A stretch of DNA of 63,708 nt, filler included, from Licmophora abbreviata (taxonomy: Eukaryota): NCBI GenBank assembly GCA_900291995.1. It is 13 parts of 13 records of this genome, joined end to end, with 100 filler letters (N's around TTAATTAATTAA, not from the genome) between each part and the next. Parts side by side here need not be neighbours in the genome. Positions count along the whole stretch, not along the records: positions 8,510 to 19,152 come from OLMU01001497.1; positions 19,253 to 23,042 come from OLMU01001499.1; positions 23,143 to 30,583 come from OLMU01001501.1; 10 more parts are not named here. One strand, written 5' to 3'. Below the pieces are notes generated by a model. The model saw only the letters and a list, made by a program, of their open reading frames with translations. It ran no database searches and was not told the DNA's origin. The position numbers and the translations under genes are program-made. Below, one piece after another: positions 11,415 to 23,347 of the stretch (positions are counted from its first letter, which is position 1; each line of letters begins with the position of its first letter).

Positions 11415-12637
11415 CTATTGCTTCTTATCATCTTCCAATCCCGTTTCGGACAGTAGTTCCAACTCCACGTTGGGCCACTCTCGCCAACGGGGTGCGACTC
11501 CCCGAACGTCCTCGACGTTGCTGATTCCCACGAGGAAGTCCCCGATTTGGTCAAGTTCCCGATCCTTGGGATCGTCGATAAAAGATGTGCAGTCAATAGC
11601 GTTCTCGGGATGAAAGATGTACGACGCGGGAGAGTTGTCAATGATGATAGATTGCGACAAGTCCCGGTTTAGCAAGCTCAAGTCCTTCACGTAGTTTCCT
11701 TCATAGTAAACACAGGATTCCCGAAAAAGACGGGCGCGAATCACTCGGTTCGGATCCAAGAGATCCAGCAGAGGATCGGCATACTTGTTCAGACTGGCAG
11801 TGTAGATAACAATTTCGTAGTGCTTCGCCATTTCCGTCAAGAACTCATCAACCCCAGGTCTCTTAGCCACATAGACAAAGTGAACGACGTCCTCAATCTA
11901 TTGCAACAAGCAGAAAGGTGAAAAAGAAGTGAGAAATGAGCTGCTAGTCTCCAAACAGAACACGGCTGTTAAGAACCTGATCCACATACCTGGACGGGAA
12001 TGACAAAGTCGGCTCCGGGAACAGCGCGAAAGCTAGAGTGAACCAGGGTCTCGTCCAGGTCAAGTACGAGACACTTCTTCCCAAAGTCATCTGGATGGTG
12101 CTTGCCAAGAAGCTTGACATTGCAATCTTCCTCCGGGTGCTCACTTTCGGTAAACACAAGTTTGTGAGAGGACTCGTGCATGGTTTTGTCTCCGTCGTCT
12201 TCCGGCAAAAGGCAACAGCACATAAGCCGAATACTGTCAAAAAGAGTCTCACAAGCATCGATGTCTTCACCATCCTCACTGAGGGACCCATCCTCCGCGA
12301 CATGGAGATGCGGCTCAGGCCCTGAAGGGTGTTCCTGTCTTGCCTGTTTGACGGCTTCTTTAGACCGAGGAGTGGTCGCGTTTCCGAACTTGTCTGTCTG
12401 TGTAATGAAATCTGGAATATGTTCCTCATTGTCGACAGCAACCGGTGTCTTCTGGATACCCGGCGACCTCAGATCGCGAGATCCGCGAACACCGGCGGGA
12501 GTTCTTGCTCCATCGCTCGATGGAGTCGACGCATCCGTCTCACGCGTATCCACGTTGTGCTTGGGATCATCCTTGTAAGCCTCGGAAGTATCGACCGTGA
12601 GCTGCGGCCCTCTCCGTGCTTTACCCTTTCCATTCAT
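11415..12637 (-). CDS. CTD small phosphatase / NIF-FCP1 family HAD phosphatase (PSR1/SCP-like); intron 11898-11989
   Basis: [64 protein letters not shown], plus a CCC palmitoylation-type motif. Start uncertain; first in-frame ATG is 12637. Confidence 0.93.
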
Positions 12638-14126
12638 ATTTGCAGAGCCTTCAGGGGCAATACGTCGACTTCCTATGTGACCGGGACTCTTGCCTGATCC
12701 TGGTTTTCTGGATCTCCGAGCCTCCTTCAATTTGCTATGACGAGTCCTCGTTTTTTGTTCCTTTCCAATCGAATCTACCCCGCACGACCAAATTCAAATC
12801 ACAAACAAAATAATTCCAAGAGACAAAGCAAGCGTTGAGTGAGCAACACGAATGGAGGAGAGATGCACTGCAGCAGAGTGACTGTCGTGAGACAGGAGGC
12901 GCAGGTGACCCCATTCCAGAACTCTCGGCAAATTTTCACTCATCCCGCAAGTCTGTCTCCACTGAAATTTCTTCATAAGTAAATCTAACGGTAATTCCAT
13001 AACAACTTGGAACCCAGTCACGCCTCAACGGAAATGACTTAGGAGATAAAATGACAGGCGTGACATTTACAAGTATACACGCTTGAGGACATGTAAATTC
13101 AAAAACGTCAATGCGCATCATCAGTTTGGTTGATGATATTCCAAGTCGCAACGCTCGGATGGAAAGCGAACCAGCCACCCGAAAACCGAAACCATGACCC
13201 GTGTGTGACTGCGGTAGGGTGTAGCAAGATGACGGAAAAGGGATCGAACCGAGCACCGAACGAAGCCACCCAGAACCAAGAAGATGCATCGATTCAGCTT
13301 CGCAGAAAATGGAGCAGACAAACAGAGCCATCGACAGACTGAAGCGGCTCCCTCTCCATTCAGAAAGAGGAGTACTACTTCCAAACTCACCTGACATTTT
13401 GATTCACCGGAATCTTCGGCTACCAACAGTCCAACAGTCAAAAAGACGCGGTCAAGGCAGGTACAGAATCTCTACAAAAAAATGAGCAGCACTTGACAGG
13501 AAATGATGGACAGTTCGATTTGAGACTCCTACTGTGTGTTGGAATGATCAAAGGCTGAGGAAGAAAAGTGAAGCGAAGAGAAGCGTGTGTCGTCGCGACA
13601 AAACATGTCAAACCGGACAAATTGAAAAGGGCAGACGGAGTCGAAGAGCTGATACAGGTAACAAGGTATTCGCGACCGAACATTATATTTAATGTTTCAA
13701 CGCATTTGCTAACGCACGAACCATAATTAATTTAGAAATCGGCGATAAATGATTTGATACAAGTATATTTTAAGTGTATTCATCACCGAATATGCGTTTG
13801 AGAATATCATGGACTCGGCGAGGCTTCGTGCCGCTTTTCTCTCACTGCTTTGGCATGGCTGATGATCCTTCTTCCGCCAAAAAAAACGATAAGAATCATG
13901 AACTCAGAAGGCAGGCAGATATTGGAGGTGACTGAGAACGAGCTGGATCGAGCTTCTATAACACTGCGCTGTGCCTGGCCAATTAGATTCTTCTCCGTCA
14001 GTCAACCGGAGCTCGTGTAACTCCCCCATTTCGATCTGATTTTGTCGCGGTGCGTCAGGCACACAGGCAACAGGCAACATCAGGCGATCACATGTCGCTG
14101 TCCTGACTGCTCTATTTTTCACCAAA

Positions 14127-15584
14127 ATGACAGCTCTGGCCGTTCCCCTGTCCGCTCCTCGACCCACCAGTAGACTCAGTCGCCACTTAGTGTGTTTCGG
14201 GTCGCTCATTTTCATATACGTTATCAGTCTGTATGGAATACTGACACGATCCTTGGGAGTGCAAGGTACTGAGACATCATTCCGCCTACCCGACGGCGAC
14301 GACGCTCTGCCGACTTCTCGGACGATCCCTTTCGAAGACGACCTTCATCGTCAGTCAGAAAGAGAAGCTAACTTGACGTCTTCATTACCCCTGGTCGCTC
14401 ATTTTGACAAGGAGAAGCCGATTGCTTCATACGAGGATCGAACAGCGGCAACACCAGTTGTCATTGGTTATGCCATTTCTGTCTCGTCCTGCTATGCAAA
14501 CTCGACCAATGTTTTCGATGGAGCGGCAGTGCTGGCACACTCGATTCACCAATCTTCAATTCGAAACGCAAACAGTACATCTCGATATGATTATTCCCTC
14601 GTAGCCTTCGTACATCCGTCCGTGGACAAGTCTTGCGTATCTCGTCTTGAACAGATTGGATACGACCTTCACACGCGAGACACTCCGTTTCAAATAGAGG
14701 ATATTCGAAATGAGAATTTGAGAAAGGCTATTGGGGAGAATGGATGTTGCGGAGAAAAAGAGTTTCTCAAGTTGTACGCCTACACATTGCAAGAATATCC
14801 TGTAGTGGTTCATCTAGATTTGGACACATTTCTCTTGCAGTCCCTTGATGAACTCTTTGATGCCATGTTAGGAATACCACTGTTGCAACCATTGCCTGTC
14901 ATGAGAAACGCTACACTACCAGAGAAGATTGACTTCTTCTTTACGCGCGACTATCTGGCGAAAAGTACCCTTCACAAAGTGCCATCAAAATATGCTGTTC
15001 AGGGAGGGTTCCTCGTGGTACGGACGAATGCCACCTTGTTTCAGGAAATGATCGACACGATTCTCCAAGGAGCCAAATTTGCGCGACATCAAGGTTGGGG
15101 TGCAGATGGATACGCGGGATATTGGGGAGCAGCTCAGATTCAAGGCTTTCTAAGTTTCTTTTATGGAACGCGGTACCCTCATGGCGCAGTGGAACTAAAT
15201 CGCTGCATCTACAATACCATGGCTAAGGACGACCCGTATTTTGCAGACGGCGAGACTTGCCGTACCGGCGAAGTAACATGTGAAGATTGTAGAGTAGCGC
15301 CGCTGTCCACAATCAAAACAGCTCATTTGACAACTTGTTGGAAGCCCTGGCAGTGTCCACAGCTACCAAAAAGACAGAACCCTCACCTATGCCATGCGCT
15401 ACACCAAGCATGGTTTGGGCTGCGCCACTCACTGGAAAAAGAAATGGGATTGGAGCTCCCAGATGTCGACAGTGGCTACAACTATCAGCGATACTGGGGA
15501 TACTGCGAAAAGAAAGATATTAAAGTTTTCGGAAAGAAGGCACTCTACCTACCCATCCAGTTCCCCAACGAGACGACAGTATAG
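14127..15584 (+). CDS. Glycosyltransferase family 8-like, type II membrane protein
   Basis: N-terminal TM helix, DGAAVLAHSI, GCCGEKEFLKLYAYTL..YPVVVHLDLD (DxD), QGGFLVVR, HLTTCWKPW. Confidence 0.85.
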   Translation: MTALAVPLSAPRPTSRLSRHLVCFGSLIFIYVISLYGILTRSLGVQGTETSFRLPDGDDALPTSRTIPFEDDLHRQSEREANLTSSLPLVAHFDKEKPIASYEDRTAATPVVIGYAISVSSCYANSTNVFDGAAVLAHSIHQSSIRNANSTSRYDYSLVAFVHPSVDKSCVSRLEQIGYDLHTRDTPFQIEDIRNENLRKAIGENGCCGEKEFLKLYAYTLQEYPVVVHLDLDTFLLQSLDELFDAMLGIPLLQPLPVMRNATLPEKIDFFFTRDYLAKSTLHKVPSKYAVQGGFLVVRTNATLFQEMIDTILQGAKFARHQGWGADGYAGYWGAAQIQGFLSFFYGTRYPHGAVELNRCIYNTMAKDDPYFADGETCRTGEVTCEDCRVAPLSTIKTAHLTTCWKPWQCPQLPKRQNPHLCHALHQAWFGLRHSLEKEMGLELPDVDSGYNYQRYWGYCEKKDIKVFGKKALYLPIQFPNETTV

Positions 15585-15652
15585 TACAAAAGACTGTAGC
15601 TAGGCACATAAGTGAAAGATCATTTCCTATTTCATCTGTTTCATCAACAAGC

Positions 15653-18168
15653 CTACGACTGCACCGCGAGTTTCATCACTGTATGGGACGCGCACGTCAA
15701 ATAAAAAGTGAGCAAGACATGAAACACGGCAAGAAAGCGCAGATTGCGACAAGAGACTTACAGTGTTCCATAAACACGCGAAGCGATACGTCGTCCGTGT
15801 TGACCTGAGCACCAGCGCCAGCACCATCCAGGTTGGAGTTGTGAGTCGTACTCGGATTCAACTTGGCCATTAAAAAGCGAGCCTCTGACTTGTGCTGATC
15901 ACAGACAATGTAACGCGGGACGGGGAAGCGGGCGTCCATGATAAGCTGCGCGTCAGACTGCGGTGCCTCAAGCAGTGCTCGAAAAGAGGCATGCTCTTCT
16001 TGCTCGTGGTATCGCTGCTCACGCCAAGCAGCAACCGTCTCTCCGTGGAACACCACCACGTGGAAGAAGGTGTCCAGTAGCAAAATGGTGTCGGGTCGAA
16101 CAGACTCGGAATCCAACAAGGCCGCCTGTGGAGGACCGTTGAATGAGTAGGAGAGCAGCGTCGGCTGGATCATGACCAGCGAATTAGTAGTGTTCTCACG
16201 ACACAGGACGTAGCGATAGTAGGCTGCTTCGTCCGGACTGCTGTTGAAGAGCTGTAAGAACTGAGATCTCCGCAAGTGAAACATGAACTGCGGGTAGAGA
16301 CTGAACTCGGGAGAAAGTCGAAAGCTGTTGGGATCGTCTGGAGCATAGTCGGCAAACTTAGTGCAGACACGAATCAAATTGCGGTCAACCCAACGTAAGA
16401 CGTCGGCCACCTCATCCGTTTCCGTCTGATGTACTGCCATGCGAGCTGTCAAGATGGCCGCAGCTTCTTGGTCGAAACTGGCCTTGACAGGATCATGCTG
16501 GCCCATCATGTGGGGTGCCGGCTTGTTGGCATCTGATGCCGGAGTGTTATGCCACGGACCGCACAGAGTCGTTGCTCGGACACGAGTACGACCATTGGCG
16601 TGTTGGTATTTTGTCAAGAACTGGATGAACCGACGTTTCCCCTCCGGCATGGGCGAGTTTCCAGGATTTGTCACGTCAAAGTAGACAGCGACGGTCGTGT
16701 TTGGATCCACGCCTCCGAGACTCCACGCGTTCGTTCCTCCACATCCTACCTCCAGGTCAGAAACGTTGGCACCAGCTTTGTGGAGCGACGAAACCGGGCC
16801 AATCGCACCACTGACTTTGAACTCGCGACTCGTCAACACCTCCAAGGATGCCCCAAATGCCATGGTCATGGTGCCTCCATCCTGTGGCGTATCATCCGGA
16901 TAACGATTAAAGACGCGGCGCAAGGATTCCTTAAAGACTGACTGCTTGAACGAATCCCCCAACACCATCAATCCACCTGTCGCTTCCACCAACTCTCTCA
17001 TTTCTAACAATCCTACTTGATCCAGAGAGCACGCAAAGACATCCACCACGTGATAGTTCGCGTTCGGTGAAGGCGACGGAGCATGCGCCTTGGACTTCTT
17101 CTTATCGCCTGCCGGCGCATTGGCCAAAGGTCGACTGAGCTGAGCGAAAAACTCCTTGGCCGGCTTGTGAAGCGGCTCCGCCTTCTTCGCCAAATCTGCG
17201 TGACTCCGCATGTCTTCCTCCTTGAGACGACTCACGACATTTCCCGGTCCCGATGTACAGGGTCCGTCGGTGAAGAGCATGACGCGAGCACCACGACGAG
17301 GAATAGCCAGGTGAAGCAAAGACGTCGCAACGCTCAAGGCGCATCCTGTGGCGCGCGCCACACGCTTCTCAGGAGGGACGGGCCAAGGGTCCTTACGAAG
17401 GTCGTCCAAGATGCTTTCCAGCTGGAAGCTACACTCCGAGACAGGCAGCAAGAACCTTTCCAGAACTTGCTCGGAGGGGCCCTGTACTGCTGGAGGTGCC
17501 TGTCCCGGTTGCTGAGGCTGCTGTGCGGGGCGAGGAGCGGCGCAGCCGAGGAGTTCCCCGACGCGTCCCGGAGCGTACTCGCGGTTTCCACGAAAGACGT
17601 ACGCCTTGCTACAGGAGTCAAAGCCGAGTTCGTGAACCTGCACGTTAGTTCCAAAGGTAATCAAGCCTACCAAGGCATCTTGCGGGAGCATGCTCAAGAC
17701 CTGCTGGAGCGAGTCGGCGAGCTCGGCCAGTTCCTTGGGATGCGCGCACGTGTCGACGACAAAGAGGAAGCATGGAGGGCCCATGTCGGGGACAGACGGG
17801 AGTTCATACTCGCACGTGGCGTACTGGGGAATGAGTTCGGCAGGGAGGTTCGTCTCCGAAATGGCCTCGGCGTAATGAGGAGGGAAGTGATTTCGCTGCA
17901 TGCAGAAGGGACAGACCCAAAGCTTGGAACGAAAGTCGACTTGGCAGTAGGGGTTGAGAACCGCGTGACAGACGCATCGAACGGGATCGTACGGCAATGC
18001 CGAGGGTGGCGCGCTGGAGGCCGGGAGCTTCTTGAGAGGAGTCACGAGGGCTCCAAGGGGAGCCACACAGCGCGTCGCTTCCAATCGAGACGAGGGCCAG
18101 CAATGAAACGACATGCGGACGCCCATCAGCTCCTCGGACGCCGCTACGTCCCATCCGCCTTCTTGCAT
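15653..18168 (-). CDS. SEC23: COPII coat subunit Sec23; short terminal exon after an intron at about 15680-15761
   Basis: Zn finger C.C.AVLNPYC...[68 protein letters not shown]. Confidence 0.97.
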
Positions 18169-18484
18169 CTTGAGTCTGACGTTCTCTTTTTAAAAATAAA
18201 AAACGACTGCAGCGTAGTTCTACCGGTAAAGAGAGCAGAGATCTAGAGTCAATGCTGGATTGTTCATGGAGGCTGGTCGACGGTCAACGTTGGCGTTCGA
18301 AACCGACCTCTGTGGGTCATCCCAAGAATCTCGTATCGTTCTACGCATCCTCAGTACTGACCAAAGTCATTGCGTAGCCCCCGGTACAAGTCGAAGCACG
18401 CGCCGGCACTGCTCTTTCCAACCGTTTTGACATTTTCTTTTTCTTTTGAGAGACATTTCGTGAAGCAATTATATGCCGATTACC

Positions 18485-19022
18485 ATGACGAGGATGAAGC
18501 CCACCGTTCTCCCTCTCCTTGCCTGCGCCGTCGCACTCTTGCTACCAAATCCTTGTGGATTCATATGCTGCATGGCTGAAATGCTACATTGACCTGGATG
18601 AGACGGAGGTAGTCATGTCCCACCCGATTGTGGAAGCTGACAAAGCCGACCACGATGTGGCTGTTATGGTGGCAACAGAAGAAGGCGAATGGAAGGCGAA
18701 CTATCACTTTCCAGCCGATACCAACACGACGCTCCAAGTAAAATTGCAGGTTCCTTCAGAGCTAGAAAATTCTGATGTTCAATACGTGATTGAATCCGAA
18801 GACGAGGGAGCAGAGTTCATCGATCCAGCCATGTGCGACGGGCGCCGTGCTTTCTCTCAGAGCTATGACAGGCCAGTCACTCTTGAAATCGACGGGAGCA
18901 GTGCAGAGAAGGTCACATTGAAAGCGGCGTGGGCCAAGGGGTTCGAAGCTGTCAAACTCACGCCGACCCTGGTATTGACGCGAGAGGGCGCGAGCGAGCA
19001 AGAAAAGTCCGCGGAATTGTAG
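18485..19022 (+). CDS. Secreted/ER Reeler-like beta-sandwich protein (1-nt frameshift near 18547)
   Basis: Signal peptide MKPTVLPLLACAVALLLP joins ILVDSYAAWLKCYIDLD if one A is removed. C-terminal LKAAWAKGFEAVKLT and an ER-retention-like SAEL ending. Confidence 0.55.
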
Positions 19023-19842
19023 CAAAGGCACCTTCTGCCGGTAGGACTTCACTCGTTGTTTTTTAGTCGTCTGTCCTGTCCACTTGTACCGCACCGTTGA
19101 ATCAGTAAATGGAACAATCTCAGCCTGTACACTCCAGAACTTCCTTCCAACTNNNNNNNNNNNNNNNNNNNNNNNNNNNNNNNNNNNNNNNNNNNNTTAA
19201 TTAATTAANNNNNNNNNNNNNNNNNNNNNNNNNNNNNNNNNNNNNNNNNNNNGCGTGCGTCATCCGAACAACAACAAACGTCGGACGCTCGAGGAGCAAC
19301 GGCAAAACGGCATGGTGATGACGCAAGTTCAAGTTGATGACGACGACGCTTCCGTTCCCACTCCTTCAATGGCAATATTGTGAACGAGCTCGTAAGGCGC
19401 GCGCAACACACTGCCGGTCGTCTGTCGTCGACCGCAATCGCCATGCGGAGTGGAGACCATGTTCAATGTAGACTATTCGCTCTCACCAGGGAAGGACATC
19501 AACCTCATACGACTGTACCATGATACAAACAAGATGAAGATCAATGCAGAAAGCGGCTCGCGGAGTGAAACAACTAGAATCGATCGTGTCTTGACACATC
19601 CTCTCTGAGAATTCATCGTTCGGATGGGGCGATGCGATATTTGTTCACTACCTTAGGGACTTACTCGGAGTAGTTCTGATCCTCGAAGCGATGCAAACAA
19701 TAAAGCGTGACCGAACGGAACGAGGCACATGTCGTTGCCGGCGCGCACGCACGCGAACAAGAACTCATTGTCGTCAGCTATCCTCACACTCTACTCGCGT
19801 CAACCGTAGCTCGCTTGTGCCCGTTCACGGATCATCATTCCA

Positions 19843-20818
19843 TCATGTTACCCGTAGTTGTTCCTTCCGTCCATTGTTTCGTCGAATGGCAGCCTCCAAG
19901 GCTTGATCCACTGCCGCATGATATTCTGTAGGGTGATCGCGCAATAGACGACAGTGATCGGAATCATCGTACCGATACACCATAGTAATGTCCGACTCTG
20001 CAATTAGTTCACGTCGGTACTGTATTAAAGCGTCCACCTGATGAGCATCGCTTGCCATGTCGGTTGTCGTATATATGTAGACTTGGTGGGGACAGATTCT
20101 ACTTTGCTGCATGCGACGCCAAAACTGCATGGGGCGGTTTAGCGCAAACGTCACGGCGCACCAAACAGTCAAGGCACACGAAGCTCCGACTGCGTAGATG
20201 GTTCGACCCGGTACAGACCAGGCCGGATGAGGAAAGGCCCGCGTCATGCCCGTCCAATTCCAGAAGGGACGTACAAAGCAGGGACAAGAGTCAAAGCATT
20301 GGTAGCCCAATTCGAGACGACGTGCAATCAGCTCAAGATCTACTCCCTCCACGTTGCTAGCATCGTCCTTGCGTTGCTCCAAGAGGACTTGCATCTCTTC
20401 TAGAATAAAAGCTCCGCCATTGCTGAAGACATGAATCACCAAGGGAACATTGCCGGGCGCGTCACGCAAGACGACGGCAGTGTCATGCAAGACAGCCAGC
20501 GCTGTCGGTCGCAACGAAGCATTACATGCGAATCTACCTACTGGAGCGGCTGCTGTAATTGCGGCGCAACTCTTGCTACAGTAGAGGGCTTGTCCGTACT
20601 GCACTAGCTGTTCCTCGGTAACACCCAAATGCCCCAGCACCACGGCCACTGCGCGGATCGTGGATGTCGGGCGAAGCGTCCGAATCAGGCTGTTCCTGCG
20701 CTCCGAAGCAATTGATTCTTCAGCGGGGGACGATGATGTCATGAAGACAACGCCGCGACCCGCTTTTTCACTCGGGACACTTCTTATGCACTCCCACAGT
20801 AGCGATGGCGAGGGCATG
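19843..20818 (-). CDS. DUF829/TMEM53-like alpha/beta-hydrolase-fold protein
   Basis: VVLGHLG..E..L..Y, IHVFSNGG, FDSCP, YIYTTTD, DSDHCRLLRDHPTEY. Start uncertain. Confidence 0.8.
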
Positions 20819-21142
20819 CAGGGAAAGTCAGTCTGGACGATGCTTCGACGCTCGACACACACACATGTTCGAATGTTGAAACTTGTCTGTCCGGCAACGG
20901 TGCTCCCTCTTGAGAGCTTCGTGCGTGTTGCAGAATTCGCGGAGGGGATGGCAGATTAGACCGAGGAGCCCAAATTACTTGCCAACTCATAGTAGGTTGA
21001 AAGACTCTACTTGCAAGCTACACAATATGGTTCTATAGCAAAGAGCATGTGATCAAATGGCGTTTGGCACAACGCAGCGCCCTACCCGTGGATGATAGCG
21101 ACTCGAATCGATCCTGCAGGGCCGTATTCGCATGGCTTTTGC

Positions 21143-22402
21143 TCAATCAAAGTATGTCCCGAGCAAGGCGCAATTCTCGTCGACAACGGCATGGATAACG
21201 TGGTCGCTCTCATAGGAGGACGTAGCTGATCCCTCTGCTCCCTCTCTCACGTTTATAAACACATACAAGTCACCATCAACTCCTCCGTTGCGACCGGCAA
21301 CGCCCATTTTCTCAACGCAAAGCATCCTTCCAGTTTCCACGCCCGATGGAATCCGAACCACTATTTGCCTGTCTACGCGTTTCGACCCTTTTCCCTGGCA
21401 AGATGTACAGTGAGCCTCAACCCGGATTCCAGTGGCCCAGCACGAAGGACATGGACGACCTGTCAATGCCTTGCCAGAACCGCTGCAAGCACTGCATATG
21501 CTTTCCGTACTTGCTGGCTTGACACCGCCACCTGAGCACATGTCACACGTTTCCCAATAAAGAATCCGTATCATTTTTGGCCCCCAAATGACCCCATGTT
21601 GGAATCGATTCCCAAGTCGCACCGTAGATCTCCTCCAGCAACTGATGGACCAGTATATCTTGTACTGGTACTGGTACTCTCATGGGCAAACTCGCTCTGT
21701 CGTCCCACGTCGTTTCTCGTTTCATGCATTGGCTCTGTCCTTCTATTTGATGATGCCGAGGCTCGATCGTCTTTCCATGTGTCGGCGTGTCGTCCGAATG
21801 GCGAGGATCCGACGGAACCGTCCGACTCTGCATGCGGTCGAGATACACCCCTCCGGCCAACGCCGACCCCCCGACTAAAGCCTCCTCTTCTCCCAAAGGA
21901 TGATTTAGGGCTTCGTTCTCGAGACCTATCGTACTCTTTCTTGAGTACGGGATCCATCAATACCTCGTAGGCGCTGTTGATTTGCTGAAATATTTCCGTC
22001 GTGTCCTCATCTGGATTGACGTCTTGGTCGGAGGAAAAGAGTTTAATGATCCAGAGATGATTTTTAAAGAGGACGTGGGGAGAGAGCAGATAGTGACAAT
22101 GATAGTAACTCACCTGGATGGTAGCGCTTGGCTAGTTTTCTATAGACGGTCTTAATTTCCTTTGCATCCGAATTCCACGAGACTCCCAGGGTTTCATAAA
22201 AGTCCTGATTCGAATTCGCTGCCATGAACAATCGGATCGGCGATGGTCTTGTCCAAGTAGCGTCATGATACAAACAGTCCACTTTTCTTTTGCTTCTTGT
22301 TTTTGTCACGGTCTCAGTGGTCAAACTCGGTGTGAACGCGGCAGACGCAGCCGTTGTCATCAGGAGAAGCGACAAGGCCAGAACGCGCATCGAGGGCGTC
22401 AT
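21143..22402 (-). CDS. dnaJ: Plastid-targeted DnaJ (type I-like: J domain, CxxCxGxG zinc fingers, C-terminal domain); intron splits HP|D; 1-nt frameshift in the A-run at 21574-21578
   Basis: Presequence ..[91 protein letters not shown]. Confidence 0.88.
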
Positions 22403-23347
22403 TACACTCCTTTGAAAGAAAAAAACGAGTACCAATTTACCTCAGGGATTAAACCAGAGGATTGAGGGAGTACGAAGGCAATGCATGCCGGTGGCCATGC
22501 CAATGATGGCAACAGCCGTCGCCGCAAGACGACATCAGTACAGTGAACTTCACTGTATCGACAGCGATGTCAGGCTCCTAGCTCTATACCCACTTTTTTC
22601 TCGCTTGTGACGTGTATTGCGGGGCGCGCGCTCCCACAGCAAGAACTCACAAAAGCTCGCACCCACAAAGTCTCCCATGCACATCGTCCCCTAAGGCAAC
22701 TGCTGCACCTGCGGTCACCGGCATGTGATCTGTATCTTAGAGTCGCAATAGCCCAATTCCTTACTACCTATCGCACTTATCGTATGACGTATCCTTCGAC
22801 CTTCTAAAACTAAGGATGCCAGCACTACTACTCAAGGTAAACCCGTACGTAGAAACACTTCCAAAAAGTTGAAAAATTAGGCAGCTCGCACAATCTCGAT
22901 GCTTGACAAACGAGTCTACGCCAAGGAGTCGCCAGTACAGTGCTGTCGGAGGCATTCATTCTCGCCATCGCCGCCAAAGTTTCCACAGTCGCATTCAATG
23001 CTATCGCCGTTTGGACAAATCCGATGATACAGATGTCACAGGNNNNNNNNNNNNNNNNNNNNNNNNNNNNNNNNNNNNNNNNNNNNTTAATTAATTAANN
23101 NNNNNNNNNNNNNNNNNNNNNNNNNNNNNNNNNNNNNNNNNNGAGCTGTAGCGTCGCTTGTTGCGTGTTCGTTGTTCGATAGGACTTGATCGAGTGCAAC
23201 TTCAGAACGCCTGAGCACGGTCGTCTTTTCTCTTCTTTTCATGACTGACGAAATCCCTTGAATCACCCCTCGTCCAGAAATTTCGCACGGCGGCAATACA
23301 GATCAGCTGAGGAGTCAAGAATTGTTTATTCCCCGCTGTTGAACAGG

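Noticed and set aside
12740..14100. Short ORFs in the long intergenic region between the phosphatase and GT8
   Set aside because: No coding signature or motifs. Probably UTR/promoter, with an AT-rich patch at about 13680-13800.
17083..18246. 387-aa plus-strand ORF
   Set aside because: Antisense shadow of SEC23 caused by codon bias.
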